Of a DNA stretch of 64,000 nucleotides, positions 24,000 through 35,061 are shown one piece after another. A program made the translations under genes and the position numbers. Below the pieces are notes generated by a model that saw nothing but the letters and a program-made list of their open reading frames with translations, did not search any database and had not been told where the DNA came from. Origin of the DNA: Macrostomum hystrix (lineage: Eukaryota; Animalia; Platyhelminthes). The stretch's first letter is position 1; each line of letters starts with the position of its first letter. The stretch spans positions 13,441,969 through 13,505,968 of the forward strand of contig CATNEN010000007.1 in NCBI GenBank assembly GCA_950097015.1. Reading direction: 5' to 3'.

Positions 24000-25375
24000 T
24001 TGCTTCACTTTCTCTCTCTCTTCATGTCTTTCCTTCTCTCTTTCTCTCTCTCTCCCTTCCTTCCTTCCCTCCTCCCTCCCCTTCTGCATCTCTCTCCTGT
24101 CTGTATTTATATAGATTTGCCTATATTTGTATATACAGTAGTCAACGCGCCCCTATTCTAAAGTACGCACAGTGCCATGCAACCTGGCTCTGCAAGTGCT
24201 CCCAGGCGCACGCAAGATTCAACTCTGTCCTGGGTCAGCCGCGACATCAGTCCAACTCGTCATCAGCCAGAGGATTGACTGCAATGCCTTGAACGCCATC
24301 TACACAGTGTTCTGGCGCCGATGCGATCACACGGTCTACGTTGGCGAGACCGTAAACAGCATCCGTGGCCGCATGCTGGCGCACATTGTCGACATCCGGC
24401 ACGACCGCGCCACCCCGGTGGCCCGCCACTTTACCAGTGATGGCCACAGTCTGGCAGACTTCGCCTTCGCAGGCGTATGGGCCCGCGACAGTTCTGGTCC
24501 TGAGGCCAATGAGCGGCGTCAGCGCCAAGAAGCGAAGCTGATCGAGGTCCTCAGGACCCGATCCCCAAATGGCATCAACGAGCAAGCCGCCGTTCTACAC
24601 AATCCGGCCATCCCGCTCATTCTGCCCCATTGAGCGGCATCTGACGCCTTGGTTGCCAAGGTGAGAGGCCAGTTGGCACGGCACTGTGAGGCCCCAGTGT
24701 AACCCACCTACACCAAGGGCAAGAGCCTGCGGGAGCTACTCTGCCACAGTTGGCTAGAACCTATGGACTGAGTCCATCCGTGCACAGTACCAATCTGTTG
24801 TTTTTTATGTTTGTTTACGCGAGTTTAACGTTATTTGTTTGACGGCGTATTCGTTGCACGTGCACTATTTCCTTTAATTTTTAGTGTGACTGCTTCCTAT
24901 GAATTTGTACTTTGCTCACCTTTTTTTATTTTATTTTCGCTCGACCATTTCTCTTTAACGTCATTCCGACCGCCTACCTGTACAATTTTAAACACCAGCT
25001 CCGCTTTTCTTAGTGACTTTAACCCATCATAATGTACTCTCTCTCTCTTTCTATCCATTTAGATCGGCATTTAAAACTTTATATATACACAGCTTATCGC
25101 GCAAAATAAAATTCGTTTTTTCTGTCATTAAGAATTTTTAATTCGAAATATCGGCAAATTTAAATTAATCGTCTGCTCTTCTTCTTTACCGTGTCAGTAC
25201 CGTGGATTGGAAGTGCTCTCCTCTCTCTTCCTCTCTCTTTCTCTCTCTCACCCTTCCTTTCTTCCCTCCTCTCTCTCCCCCTTCTGCATCTCTCCTGCCT
25301 GTCATGTATATATATTTGCCGATATATGTTTATATACAGGATTCAACGCGCCCCTATTCTACAGTACGCACACTG
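24000..25375. repeat. diverged ~170 bp direct repeat flanking the GIY-YIG fragment (24000-24175 and 25210-25375)
   Basis: Shared CCCCTTCTGCATCTCTC...TCAACGCGCCCCTATTCTA.AGTACGCACA.TGC. Confidence 0.75.
24172..24633 (+). pseudogene. GIY-YIG endonuclease of a Penelope-like element (Neptune-like), 5'-truncated
   Basis: NAIYTV...YVGET...RGRMLAH...PVARHF...RQEAKLI..LRTRSPNGINE. Confidence 0.88.
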
Positions 25376-25626
25376 CAAAAAATCTTTAAGCCCCTCTGGT
25401 TTCCCTTTAGGCTCCCCCATTGTTGAAAATTTCCAAACCTTAAGTCCTTTTAGCCTCTCAAATTTTGCCCTTTGTAAAAATTTCTGAATTGTAATTCCCT
25501 CTAGTTCCCTCCACTTCTCTCCGTTGTTAAAATTTTTCCAATCCTTAAACAGCCTCCTCCACTTACTCAATACATTTCCTCCTACCCTCGAAGTCCCTCC
25601 AACGCAAACAAACTAAAATTCAACTA

Positions 25627-27048
25627 TACTTAGCAACAATAAAAAGTTCCACCCTCCAAGCGAGATGGAATTTTTCTCACTTATTGTGAGTGACGCAACT
25701 TGCGGCACGCAGCGAAGCTTATTGTCACTTGGGGGGCTTGGGTCTGTGTAATGGTACAAAAATGCGTAATTTTAAGAGGATAAATTTAAAGTCCCCTAAT
25801 CCACACACACACACGATTTCAAAAATGATCCGGCCAATGACTAATGCTGAACGATGGCGTGCTGTTGGAAAGCTGGAAGTCGGTGTGTCCATCAGCGAAG
25901 TTGCTCGCAGATTTGAAAGATAGCGAGCGGCAATTCGAAAACGGCTGACAAAGTCCTGTGAGACTGGCAGCGTGGAATACGATGCGAAAGGCAGTCAGCG
26001 TCTTGGTCTCCGTGGCTCAACAGCTAGAGCAAATCACCGTCTGCTGCGAATAGTAAGGCGAACTCCCACCCTGCCAGCCATCCTGCTCCGTCTGATGTGG
26101 GATGAGAAAAGCAGAGCAGGAAGCATCCTGAGCGCCCAGACAGTTCGACGTCGAATTCGGGAGGCCGGCCTCCGCTCTCGCAAGATGCGCAAGCGGCCTC
26201 GACTCAGTCCTGCCCACATCGCCAGCCGAGAGCAGTGGGCCATGCAGCGCGTCCACTGGAGGCAGCAGCAGTGGCGACGCGTTGTTCTCACTGACGAGAG
26301 CCGGTTCCGACTTTTCCAAGTAGATGGTCGCACCTGCGTTTGACGAGAATCGGCATGAGATGCTGCAGCAGCATGTACAGTGCTCTGAGAGCCAGGCTGC
26401 CTCAGTGCAGTTTGGGCCAGCATCTCGCTACATTCAAGGACGGATATCGTCTTCCTGGATGCCAACGTGAATGCTAATAGCTACGCAGATCTTCTGCAGA
26501 CTCGGTTCCTACCGTTTGCCGACGCTACTTTCGGAGGAGTTGGCAACTGCATTCTCCAGGATGATAACGCGCCGTCACACCGAGCTGATGCTGTTGGTCA
26601 AGTGAAACATCAGCTACAGATCCACACTGCGCTGGCCTTCCCGGTCCCCAGACATGAATCCAATCGAGCATGTCTATAGGACTTTCTAAAGTGTAGCATT
26701 CGAAAAGAGAATGCTGCACCACTGAATGTTGCGGAGCTGCGTCACGACATTGCAAACGCTTGGCAGCAACTTCCCCAGGACTTTCTGCGCCGCCTCATCT
26801 TGGGGATGCCCCGCAGAGTCACAGCTCTTCTGTGTGCGAGGGGATCCCACACGCGGTAATAAGCATTGCGATTCTAACTGCATATTGCATAAAAAATAAA
26901 CTTGCGATTTTGTGCGACTGGCGTTTATTATTGATTTAATCACCCTTCCCTCCTCGCGGCGTAGTTGCGTAACTCGCGGGTTGAATTGTGAGCGAGAAGT
27001 TATCTCTGACTAGGCGCGATAAGGGTGGAACTTTTGACTTGCTGAGTG
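25627..27048 (+). mobile_element. Tc1-family DNA transposon with a pseudogenised transposase (about 25825-26860)
   Basis: Imperfect TIRs (ACTTAGCAA..AAAAGTTCCACCCT / AGGGTGGAACTTTT..TTGCTGAGTG) flanked by TA. HTH SISEVARRF, VLTDESRF, LQDDNAPSH, SPDMNPIEH; stops and frameshifts present. Confidence 0.92.
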
Positions 27049-27456
27049 TAGGCACGCTGGCCCTCGATTAAGCCTCCTCCTCACAAATGTACACACTTTC
27101 CCTTCCACCGTGCCCTTTTCTCTAATTCCCCCGTCACAAACAAGCCAAGGGTCAACAAGGCACGTTGGCCCCCCTTTCCCTAGGCATACCTTGGCAAACT
27201 CAACCCTCTAATTCCCTCCCTCGCCAATGCACTGCGGCCCAGTGCCCAGACCCATTGAATCTCGGCCCACCCTGGCCCCAACCAATGCCTTCCTTTCGTT
27301 TCCACCCTCCCCCCTCCCTCAGCCCTGTGCAGACCCTCGCGCGCTCGCCTATTCGCTGCCTCTCTCCCTTGCTCACCTTTCAATCGCTCCTGTCCCCTGC
27401 GCACACTATGCATATGTTGATTATATACAAGTACACCCGCCACACTAGAATTATCA

Positions 27457-27495
27457 GCTCCTGAACAAGGCAAACCCAGCCGAAAGCGCTCGAGC
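27457..27495 (+). ncRNA. hammerhead ribozyme, variant core (CUGAACA), in a pLTR-like unit
   Basis: GCTC-CTGAACA-AGGC(AAACCCA)GCC-GAAA-GCGC-TC-GAGC. Confidence 0.7.
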
Positions 27496-29766
27496 AATTG
27501 AAAATCTATCCACTAGTTCTTCCTATAGTTCTGCTTTACTTCCTTTCTTAATAGCTAGCTATCCCGACTGGACAGCTACATTGTCCTTACCTGGCCTGAG
27601 CCGGCTCTGGCTCTGCGATCCGCGTTCGTGCCCACTACCGGTTCGGCGTTCTGCTCAGCTAAATTAATCAGCTAAGTACCACTTAATTTATTGTTATTTT
27701 TTTATTTTTCTCCCTCTTCCTGAGCGCATCCTCCGGGGATGGCTAGGATTTTTTCGATGTGTGTGAGATTCACCTTTAGACACATTTTAAGGTAGGAGTG
27801 ATACGAGTCACTTGTTATATATGTCATTAAGACTATCTATTTTTTTAATCTCAGGGTGAGATTTTTCTTATAGGGTGAGATTCACCTTAAGACACGTTTT
27901 TAAGGTATGAGATAGGGATCAAATCTAATGTATGTCGTTAAGACTATCTATTCTTACAATCCTAGGGTGAGATCTCAGGGTGAGATTCTTCTAAAGTTAC
28001 TTAATAAAGTAACATTACTTAATAATAAGAGCCCGAATGACTTACTTTAGTGCTTTACTTCCTATAAATTACATTTAAATTTATTACCGGCACACTAGTA
28101 GGCAATTATATATGTCACGGCTTCGATCCTTATTTAGTCAACGAAAAATAAAAAAACCAATAATAGGACTGGTTTGTTACTGGCACACTACTTGGTAGTT
28201 GCATGTGAAGGCATAGTTATTAGTTTAATTTACTACGTACTTACTACGTACTTTACTACGTACTTTATTTACTATGTACTTTCATATTCATTACTATTAT
28301 TAAGGCAAATAATTGCCGACTAAGCGGACTAAAGAACTCAAAAGTTCAACAGGACGGGTGGCCTGCACTGCATTAATCGGCTCAGTCCCGCAAACTAATC
28401 TAGGGCGAAATCAACCCGATCGGCTTATCTTCTCCCGACGGAATTTTTTGTTCACATTTTTCTGATTTTACAAACTATACATTCTTGTTTTAGCAGTCAC
28501 TATAGAGACGATGGCCTGCATAGCAGGTCATCAACCAATTGGATGTTTCTTCAACTAAGTTTGAATAAACTTTAATTGCATAATACGTCAAATACAAAAT
28601 GGTAAAAACATTTGAACTACAGAATTTATAGCATACTTCTTAACAAAATAAAGCAGTTCGTACTAAATTTGTAGCAGGTAGACGAGAAGCTACTAATCCT
28701 TTAATGGAATCATTAGATAGATTTTAGGATACAGTCAAAGCATGGTTTTAGTTTTCGGTGTGCCATTCACGGAAGCAGTCGCCAATGAACAGTCCTGACG
28801 ATCCTGGGCAGCCAGCGCAGACAAAATGCGGTTGCCATTTTGCCAGCAAAACCTACATCTCTTTGACGGTATTTCCTGATTTGCAGTCGCTGCGAGGTGA
28901 AAAAAGTCGACTTTTGAAAAATGTCAACTCAATATCTCAACTTTCACTCAGGCAGCCCCTCCAGGGCAAAAGTACTGGCAGTACTCGGTTGATATTTCGA
29001 GTGCTAATAAATCGGAACGACTCGACAAGGCGAGTTTAACGCGCACAAATTCCGAACTCCTACGGTCACCTTTCAGTGCCAGTCCACTCGTCCAGTAACT
29101 AGACGCGTCCATCGAGTGGATTCCTCCATCAAACAGTAGGAGTCCAGTTTTCCGAATTTTGCCTGTAACTTTTTTTCGGCGACCCCCCAGTCTTTGGAGT
29201 AGCGTCAATCAACTCAGCGCATCGAATTCTATCGGAAAAAGTTGTCCCGCAATATGGGTAAACACTTTGAAAAAAGTCGACTTTTGAAAAAAGTCTAGCC
29301 GCAGTCTCTTTTTTTGGCCAGCAGGGTTTGTGGCCTGTGGCGTGCGGCCTACGGCAGCAGGGTGCGGCGGCAGATTTTTAGGCCAGGCACCACAGGCCAA
29401 GAGGGATTGAAAGCAACGTAATGTCCGAAAATAATTCATTTAATTCATCGGGCTTTAACCCGTGCTCCACCTTGAGGTGGTCTCGAAGGCCAGCCCTAAG
29501 CCTGAAGCATGTGCACAAAGTGCACATCAATACTCCAGGCTTAGTGCTGGCATGGAGAAACTTTAAAGTCTCATTAATTGCCTCCTGGCTTGCCTCCGGT
29601 CTGCCAAATGCGACCGGAGGTTATCTGAACGGTTTGCCATCGGCACAGGCTGGGCAGGCGAAGTGTGAGGCCATCTGGTTGCAAGTGAAATGGAATTTAG
29701 CTCTTTATAGTAAATTGTAAATCTACTGTGTAATGATGCACAGCATTCTATAACTAATAAATCAAA

Positions 29767-30272
29767 GGTTAGGAGTTAGGAACCGATCCGATTCCTGGTC
29801 GACTGCTTAAAAAAAATCTAAGAGGGAGTCAGACAGATTAGGTTTCGATGCTCGAGCGCTTTCGGCGGGATTGTCTTCTTCAGGAGCTTGGATTGAGTGA
29901 AGAGTGGATAGTGGACAGTATATTTGTATATAAAATAATAAATTTACATTAAAAAGATGGCTGCAAGGGTCGGGAGCGAATGAGAGGAGGGTAGGGGTTA
30001 CACTTAACAAATGGGAGTTGAGCAGGGGTAAAAAATTAACAAATGGGAGAAAAAAAGGGGGTCTGCATAGGGTCTGGGTGGGGTCTGAGTGAAAAAAGGA
30101 GGGGTCGGTATTGGTTTGGGCATGGGTGGGCCGGGAGCCAATTTGTCGGGTCTGGGTTAGAGAGGGAAAGAGTGTTTTGACTGGGTTGGGCACGAGGGCT
30201 CAAGGTGCGAGCGTGTTTGGGCGCAGGAGTATGTTTGGGCGCAGGGACTTAAGGCGCGGGCCGGGCACTTGG
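29767..30272 (-). mobile_element. Penelope pLTR/retrozyme-like unit, family A copy 1
   Basis: Begins GGTTAGGAGTTAGG, contains a hammerhead, is homologous to 47202-47740, and ends in a TTAGGG scar. Confidence 0.75.
29850..29887 (-). ncRNA. minimal hammerhead ribozyme (stem II mismatch)
   Basis: GCTC-CTGAAGA-AGAC(AATCCC)GCC-GAAA-GCGC-TC-GAGC. Confidence 0.75.
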
Positions 30273-30710
30273 GTTAGGGTTAGGGTAAATGCTCGACGCG
30301 TTTCGATCTTATTGATCTTCTTCAGGAGCGATGATGTAAAACGATGTATTTATTGTAAATATTGTAAATATTGTAGATAATGTAAATATTGGCAGTGGAA
30401 AAGTGAGTTAAAAATGAATTTCACTGGGTTACATATGAAAAAATGGGCTCACTCGGGTGCAATAATAATGACCTAGAAAGTAAGTGTTGTCTAAATTTTA
30501 AAAGTATAAAATATCAATTAACGCTAATTTTACTACTAATGAAATAAGGGTAATAAATTGTGGGTAGAAAGTAAAAATTAAAAATTAGGAAATACATTTT
30601 TCAGTATATATCGGGGAGTAGAAAAATAGATAAAGAGTAAAACAATGAAGCAGATTGAAGATAGGAGGGGAAGAGAAAATATAGAGGATAAAAATGCAGA
30701 CGGCTAGGGT
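30271..30710 (-). mobile_element. Penelope pLTR/retrozyme-like unit, family B copy 1
   Basis: Starts after GGGTTAGGGTTAGGG, contains a hammerhead, and is homologous to 55957-56390. Confidence 0.75.
30291..30329 (-). ncRNA. minimal hammerhead ribozyme
   Basis: GCTC-CTGAAGA-A-GATC(AATAA)GATC-GAAA-CGCG-TC-GAGC. Confidence 0.85.
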
Positions 30711-31149
30711 AGTAGTATAAAAAAATATGAAACAAACGCGTTTTCCTTATGGAGAAATACATAGGTAGTACCGCATAGGAAATGCCTATACATTTAACTC
30801 AAAACGCACCAAAAATTTTCTAAGTCCTAACTCGCACGAGGAATTTTTCTAAGTCAAAGTCTATCTCTCTCTCTTCTCTCTCTCTCTATCTCTGTCCTTG
30901 GCATGTTGTTAAAAAATTCCAAGTCCAAGCTAACTGCTCATTTAGTGTGCAGATAAGAATTCAGAGACACGCTAACAATCTGAAATGTTGATATGTTGAA
31001 TCTGATATGTTGAATCAGTTTTATTTAAAGCTACCACTAGCGAGAGTTGCTGCACACAGACTTAGTGACATTGTCACACTAACTTGACAAAATATTCTAT
31101 CATAAATTAATGTTTCTGTCTTATTCATCAGATTCGGTACGAAGCTTTT
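30711..31149 (+). repeat. Maverick left terminal inverted repeat
   Basis: Reverse complement of 46808-47201. The outer ~120 bp are near identical and the inner part is diverged. Confidence 0.9.
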
Positions 31150-31324
31150 TGTTGAAACAGAAATTTTTATTTAATTCCACACGCGGTAACATATGACACA
31201 TGCTAAAATATTGTCGAACCAACTAGCCATAAAATAATTCAAGACTTGCTTTTGAAGCATCGCACCATTTTATGCATCTCTTAATGCACTTACAGTATAC
31301 TTAAACCGTTAACATGACCAACAG

Positions 31325-31894
31325 TCATAGATAATGAATTAAAATTCGTAAAACAAAAGATCGCAGTTTAACATAGGCTTTTCGGAAAGAATCACTTCGC
31401 GAGACATTGCGCTTAGAAATACTCTTTAGAAAGACGTGCAGAGTTTTTCGAATAGTCAATTTATAAAAGACATAAAATACAGCCCAAAAGCCACAGCTAC
31501 CGCTTCGAGGGTCTTGGACAGCAAAGCGAGTATAACTCCAATTTCTTGCCCCACCACATTGTATTCCTAACCAACGTGCCACAGATGCAATCGGATGGAG
31601 TCCAAGTGAATCGAAATATTCTCCATATCTTTTACCCTGTCGACCTGCATAGGACGTATTTCCATGCACCCAAACACAAACCCAATGTTTTCCAGGTAGA
31701 ATAGAAGTGTCTGTGTTTACAATAAAAAAATAATCCTTTTCATTAAGTGGAAGATGCTTAATACTTAATACAAAATCTTGGGGGAATACTCCTAAGAAGA
31801 CAGCATGCGAAAAATAAGCGCACAGTTTTGTAGCAATAGACCGAAGAAATCGATCTGTAACACCGTTTTGTAGAATAGAATCAATTACTTCCAT
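31325..31894 (-). CDS. adenain-like cysteine protease (Maverick PRO)
   Basis: FLGVFP.D, IVNTD...GKHWV (His), EYFDSLG (Asp), Q...SGSCG.W (Cys). Confidence 0.95.
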   Translation of the reverse strand: MEVIDSILQNGVTDRFLRSIATKLCAYFSHAVFLGVFPQDFVLSIKHLPLNEKDYFFIVNTDTSILPGKHWVCVWVHGNTSYAGRQGKRYGEYFDSLGLHPIASVARWLGIQCGGARNWSYTRFAVQDPRSGSCGFWAVFYVFYKLTIRKTLHVFLKSISKRNVSRSDSFRKAYVKLRSFVLRILIHYL

Positions 31895-33207
31895 GCAGTT
31901 CCAGGAACAACGTCACGAAGCTCAGTTAGTTGCAATTGCTTGTCAAAAATTCCTCCAAATATGACGTTGTACACAGTGCTAGTTGCAGAACTGAATCGCA
32001 GCTCAATTTTCACGTTTCCTTCCTTATACAGTTGAACACCATGACCGATACCTGGTTCACTACCGAGACTAAAGGCAAAAATAGAGTATCCATTCGCATA
32101 TTCACCCATAGTGAAACCAATGTCACGTCCTTGCAGATAAAGACCCAGTTGCTGTAGAAGAAAAGTATACTCTGTCACACAGTCACCTTCAAAGTTGGTT
32201 TGCAGCGGCCGGCATGGCATTGACTCTCCATTTACAAACACACCGATGCTGTTAACGTTAGCATGCTCAAAGTTGAATGGATTCGTGTCCATGCTTCCAT
32301 TGAATGCTCGGTTATTTACAAAAGCTAATAATAAAAGCCGTGGAACTCCACTTGGGAATAAATTCTCGTGCGTGTGGCTGGATGATCCGCGAGGAATAGT
32401 AAATGTTCCCATGCTTAGACTCCGGTGGGGATATAGAGCATTGTGGCTTTTCAGACCATGTGCATGAGCACTAGTAACGCTAGGTGATGGTTGGACAAGT
32501 CGCAGTCGTAATTCTGCTCGCAAGAACCTAATTTCATAATCTTTAAGTTGCACATCGCTTCCTATTGATGCACCACTCAAAACAAATTTGCTTTTTGCTG
32601 GTGTTAATTTGATACGCATTGGTGTCTTTGAAAGTAGATATCGCGGTTGACGAAAAAGATCTAAAAATAGAGGACCAGACACTGTACAATGACGATTTTC
32701 AGCAATCAACGATCGCCTCTTCGTTCGTCCTTCGTTATCGTTTGTTGAATTCATTTTACCAGCAGTATCTTTGTAGAAACCCCAAGGTACCAGACCTGAC
32801 TTCTGTGCTGTGTGTCCATACTCAAGAAGTGTTAGAAGCATTGCCTTGTAGGGATACATGAAGCTTCCACCTTCAACAACAGTGTCTCCAATAGTAAATT
32901 GCACATCTTCAAACAATGTTGCGATTGCTAAGTTGTTTACACACACATAGTTTTTTGCAGCATCAATTGCGTTACCTTCTCCGTCGCTGACGCGGAAGCT
33001 AACTGTTAGCACAGTATCATGCAGATCTAAATACAGATCTCCAGGCGGTACAATCTCAAACTCGATTGGAGAACCTTTTGTTATCCCATGTTGTGGTTGA
33101 ATGTCTGTGTAGCGACTTTCTAAAACACTGAATTGAACAGGTGTCTGGTCAAAGAGAGAGAGTTCGCTTTTCAATGCAGCAACGTCGGGACCGAGAAGTT
33201 GATTCAT
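31885..33207 (-). CDS. major capsid protein (double jelly-roll)
   Basis: KSELSLF...P...IEF...YLDL; YPYKA; NPFNF. First ATG is at 33207, just after the upstream stop. Confidence 0.92.
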   Translation of the reverse strand: MNQLLGPDVAALKSELSLFDQTPVQFSVLESRYTDIQPQHGITKGSPIEFEIVPPGDLYLDLHDTVLTVSFRVSDGEGNAIDAAKNYVCVNNLAIATLFEDVQFTIGDTVVEGGSFMYPYKAMLLTLLEYGHTAQKSGLVPWGFYKDTAGKMNSTNDNEGRTKRRSLIAENRHCTVSGPLFLDLFRQPRYLLSKTPMRIKLTPAKSKFVLSGASIGSDVQLKDYEIRFLRAELRLRLVQPSPSVTSAHAHGLKSHNALYPHRSLSMGTFTIPRGSSSHTHENLFPSGVPRLLLLAFVNNRAFNGSMDTNPFNFEHANVNSIGVFVNGESMPCRPLQTNFEGDCVTEYTFLLQQLGLYLQGRDIGFTMGEYANGYSIFAFSLGSEPGIGHGVQLYKEGNVKIELRFSSATSTVYNVIFGGIFDKQLQLTELRDVVPGTAWK

Positions 33208-33208
33208 G

Positions 33209-33643
33209 TTATTTTCCGAATAAACTAAAAAGCTTCTTGCTTGCAGCGGAGTTTTGCTTTCCTCTTCGTTTCTTGACTCTGTAGGCACTTCGTCCTCCTC
33301 GTCGTCTTGTTACACCTCGTTTTTTTCCTTTACGTCTTAAGCTTATAGGTCTAGCTGCTCTCTTTCGTTGCTTGTTGGTTAAGGTAGGCGTGTCAAACAT
33401 GTCTTCTTCAGAAGTTGAGTTCGCGTGCCGCTTGCGCCCCATACCGATTTTGCTGGCAGCGCTTTTAAAATAATCTAGGCTGCGATCCAGAAGATCCTTT
33501 TTAGCATTACGTATTACAGGAAATAGCAGTCTTTCAGCCAAGTTTGATAGGAACCCGTATCCTTCGTAGACGGGGATTGCAGATGCTCCTCGTCCACCGA
33601 TTGAATTATTTGGACCGGAATAGAAGGCGAATATCGGATCCAT
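33209..33643 (-). CDS. basic core / pVII-like virion protein
   Basis: GYGF motif, adenain-type site IGGRG, Arg/Lys-rich C-terminus, located directly before the MCP. Confidence 0.65.
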   Translation of the reverse strand: MDPIFAFYSGPNNSIGGRGASAIPVYEGYGFLSNLAERLLFPVIRNAKKDLLDRSLDYFKSAASKIGMGRKRHANSTSEEDMFDTPTLTNKQRKRAARPISLRRKGKKRGVTRRRGGRSAYRVKKRRGKQNSAASKKLFSLFGK

Positions 33644-33676
33644 GACTTATTATTAAGCGATATCAGTTTTTCAGCT

Positions 33677-34828
33677 TTAGTTATACACACGAGCAAACAG
33701 TCTAGCAGTCTTTGCATCGAGATCTTTTTCACTCAGCCACTGACTCCGTGAAATTGGCATGTCTTTCCACTTTACTAAATACAAACGATTACCCTTCTGC
33801 GACCGATCTGTTTCGAGAACCTTTTCTATATCGACAGGTTCTTCATCCACTTCATTCACGAGTAGAAGTTCATCCTCGTTGAATCTTCCTTCTAGCAAAT
33901 CGAAATTATCTTCTGAATCAGCTAATTCATACATTGGCGGGTCAGACAGGTGAACATGATGAACACGAAACTTTGAATTGCTCCAAATTGTTGTGTAACC
34001 CTTTTCAAAAATTCCTCGTCGTCGGAGAATTCGCACCCAATCACCAACTTTGAATTTTGGTTTTGAAGTGCGCACTTGTGTAAACATTTTGTCCCATAGA
34101 ATTCCTTGAAGATGTTCATCATTCTCTACTCGTTTCGGTGTTTCTCCACTTAAAGCTCGATGTGGACTTGCGTTGAAATTTTTCTCTAACTGTGGCAATA
34201 TGTCAAACCAACGTGCTAGATTCTTAGCTCGAAAGTATCGTTGCAGGCGTTCTTTTAGAGATCGAATAAATCTTTCTGCCAGGCTAGCCTTGTAGGAACT
34301 TTGAGAAACGAAAAACCTCACTCCCTCCTGTTTTAGCATTTGTCGCGTTGATTTTCCAAGAAACTCCATGCCTGCGTCGCCTTGTAAATAAACTGGTTTG
34401 AAGCCACTTCGAAAAATATCTTGCAGCACTCGACTCACTTCGCTAGGTTTCTTTGTCTTTAATGGTCTAAGTCGAGTGCTTCGCGTGAAGCAGTCAATTA
34501 GAACTAGTATGAAACGATAACCTCGATTTTCAGTTTTATACTGCGGCAGGTCGGCTAAATCGATTTGAAACTGGAATCGTGCCACGGGTGGTACACTAAT
34601 TTTTGGTGTCAGAAATTTTTTAGACAACTTTTGAAATAAATGGTGCTCTTTTGTTGATCGTACCCAACTTTGTACTTCCTTTCGTGCGTCTTCATATTTT
34701 ATCTGTGGAAATTCTTTGCGCACAGCACGAACAAGTTCAGATCTATTACCTGAGAACGAAGTTGGATTTTCCAAGTTGAAGAAAGAATCAGATAGAAACT
34801 GAGCAATACTTTTACGTATTCCTTGCAT
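33677..34828 (-). CDS. retroviral-type (rve) integrase with C-terminal chromodomain
   Basis: QIDLAD, LQGDAGMEF, AERFIRSLK (DDE); KFKVGDWVRI; IEKVL...YLVKWKD...SQW. Confidence 0.95.
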   Translation of the reverse strand: MQGIRKSIAQFLSDSFFNLENPTSFSGNRSELVRAVRKEFPQIKYEDARKEVQSWVRSTKEHHLFQKLSKKFLTPKISVPPVARFQFQIDLADLPQYKTENRGYRFILVLIDCFTRSTRLRPLKTKKPSEVSRVLQDIFRSGFKPVYLQGDAGMEFLGKSTRQMLKQEGVRFFVSQSSYKASLAERFIRSLKERLQRYFRAKNLARWFDILPQLEKNFNASPHRALSGETPKRVENDEHLQGILWDKMFTQVRTSKPKFKVGDWVRILRRRGIFEKGYTTIWSNSKFRVHHVHLSDPPMYELADSEDNFDLLEGRFNEDELLLVNEVDEEPVDIEKVLETDRSQKGNRLYLVKWKDMPISRSQWLSEKDLDAKTARLFARVYN

Positions 34829-35061
34829 TGATTGTATTGCAGCAAATGAAGCTTACGTCGATAACTGAATCACCGTCGGTTGTCTCGCTTTCAAAGCAGG
34901 AGTTAAATATGAGCGGACAGCAAGTTTCTAGCTGCAAATAAACAAAGAAACTCTGCAACAAAACTCTTAGGTTTGAACAGGTCATGACTTACAAATTTAT
35001 TAATTATCAAGTGTCAATAATGCATTATACGTACCATACAATAATTTAAAGCACGCTTATA

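Noticed and set aside
33208-33288. 27-aa N-terminal extension of the capsid ORF in the track
   Set aside because: Non-ATG start overlapping the upstream gene; ATG at 33207 fits better.
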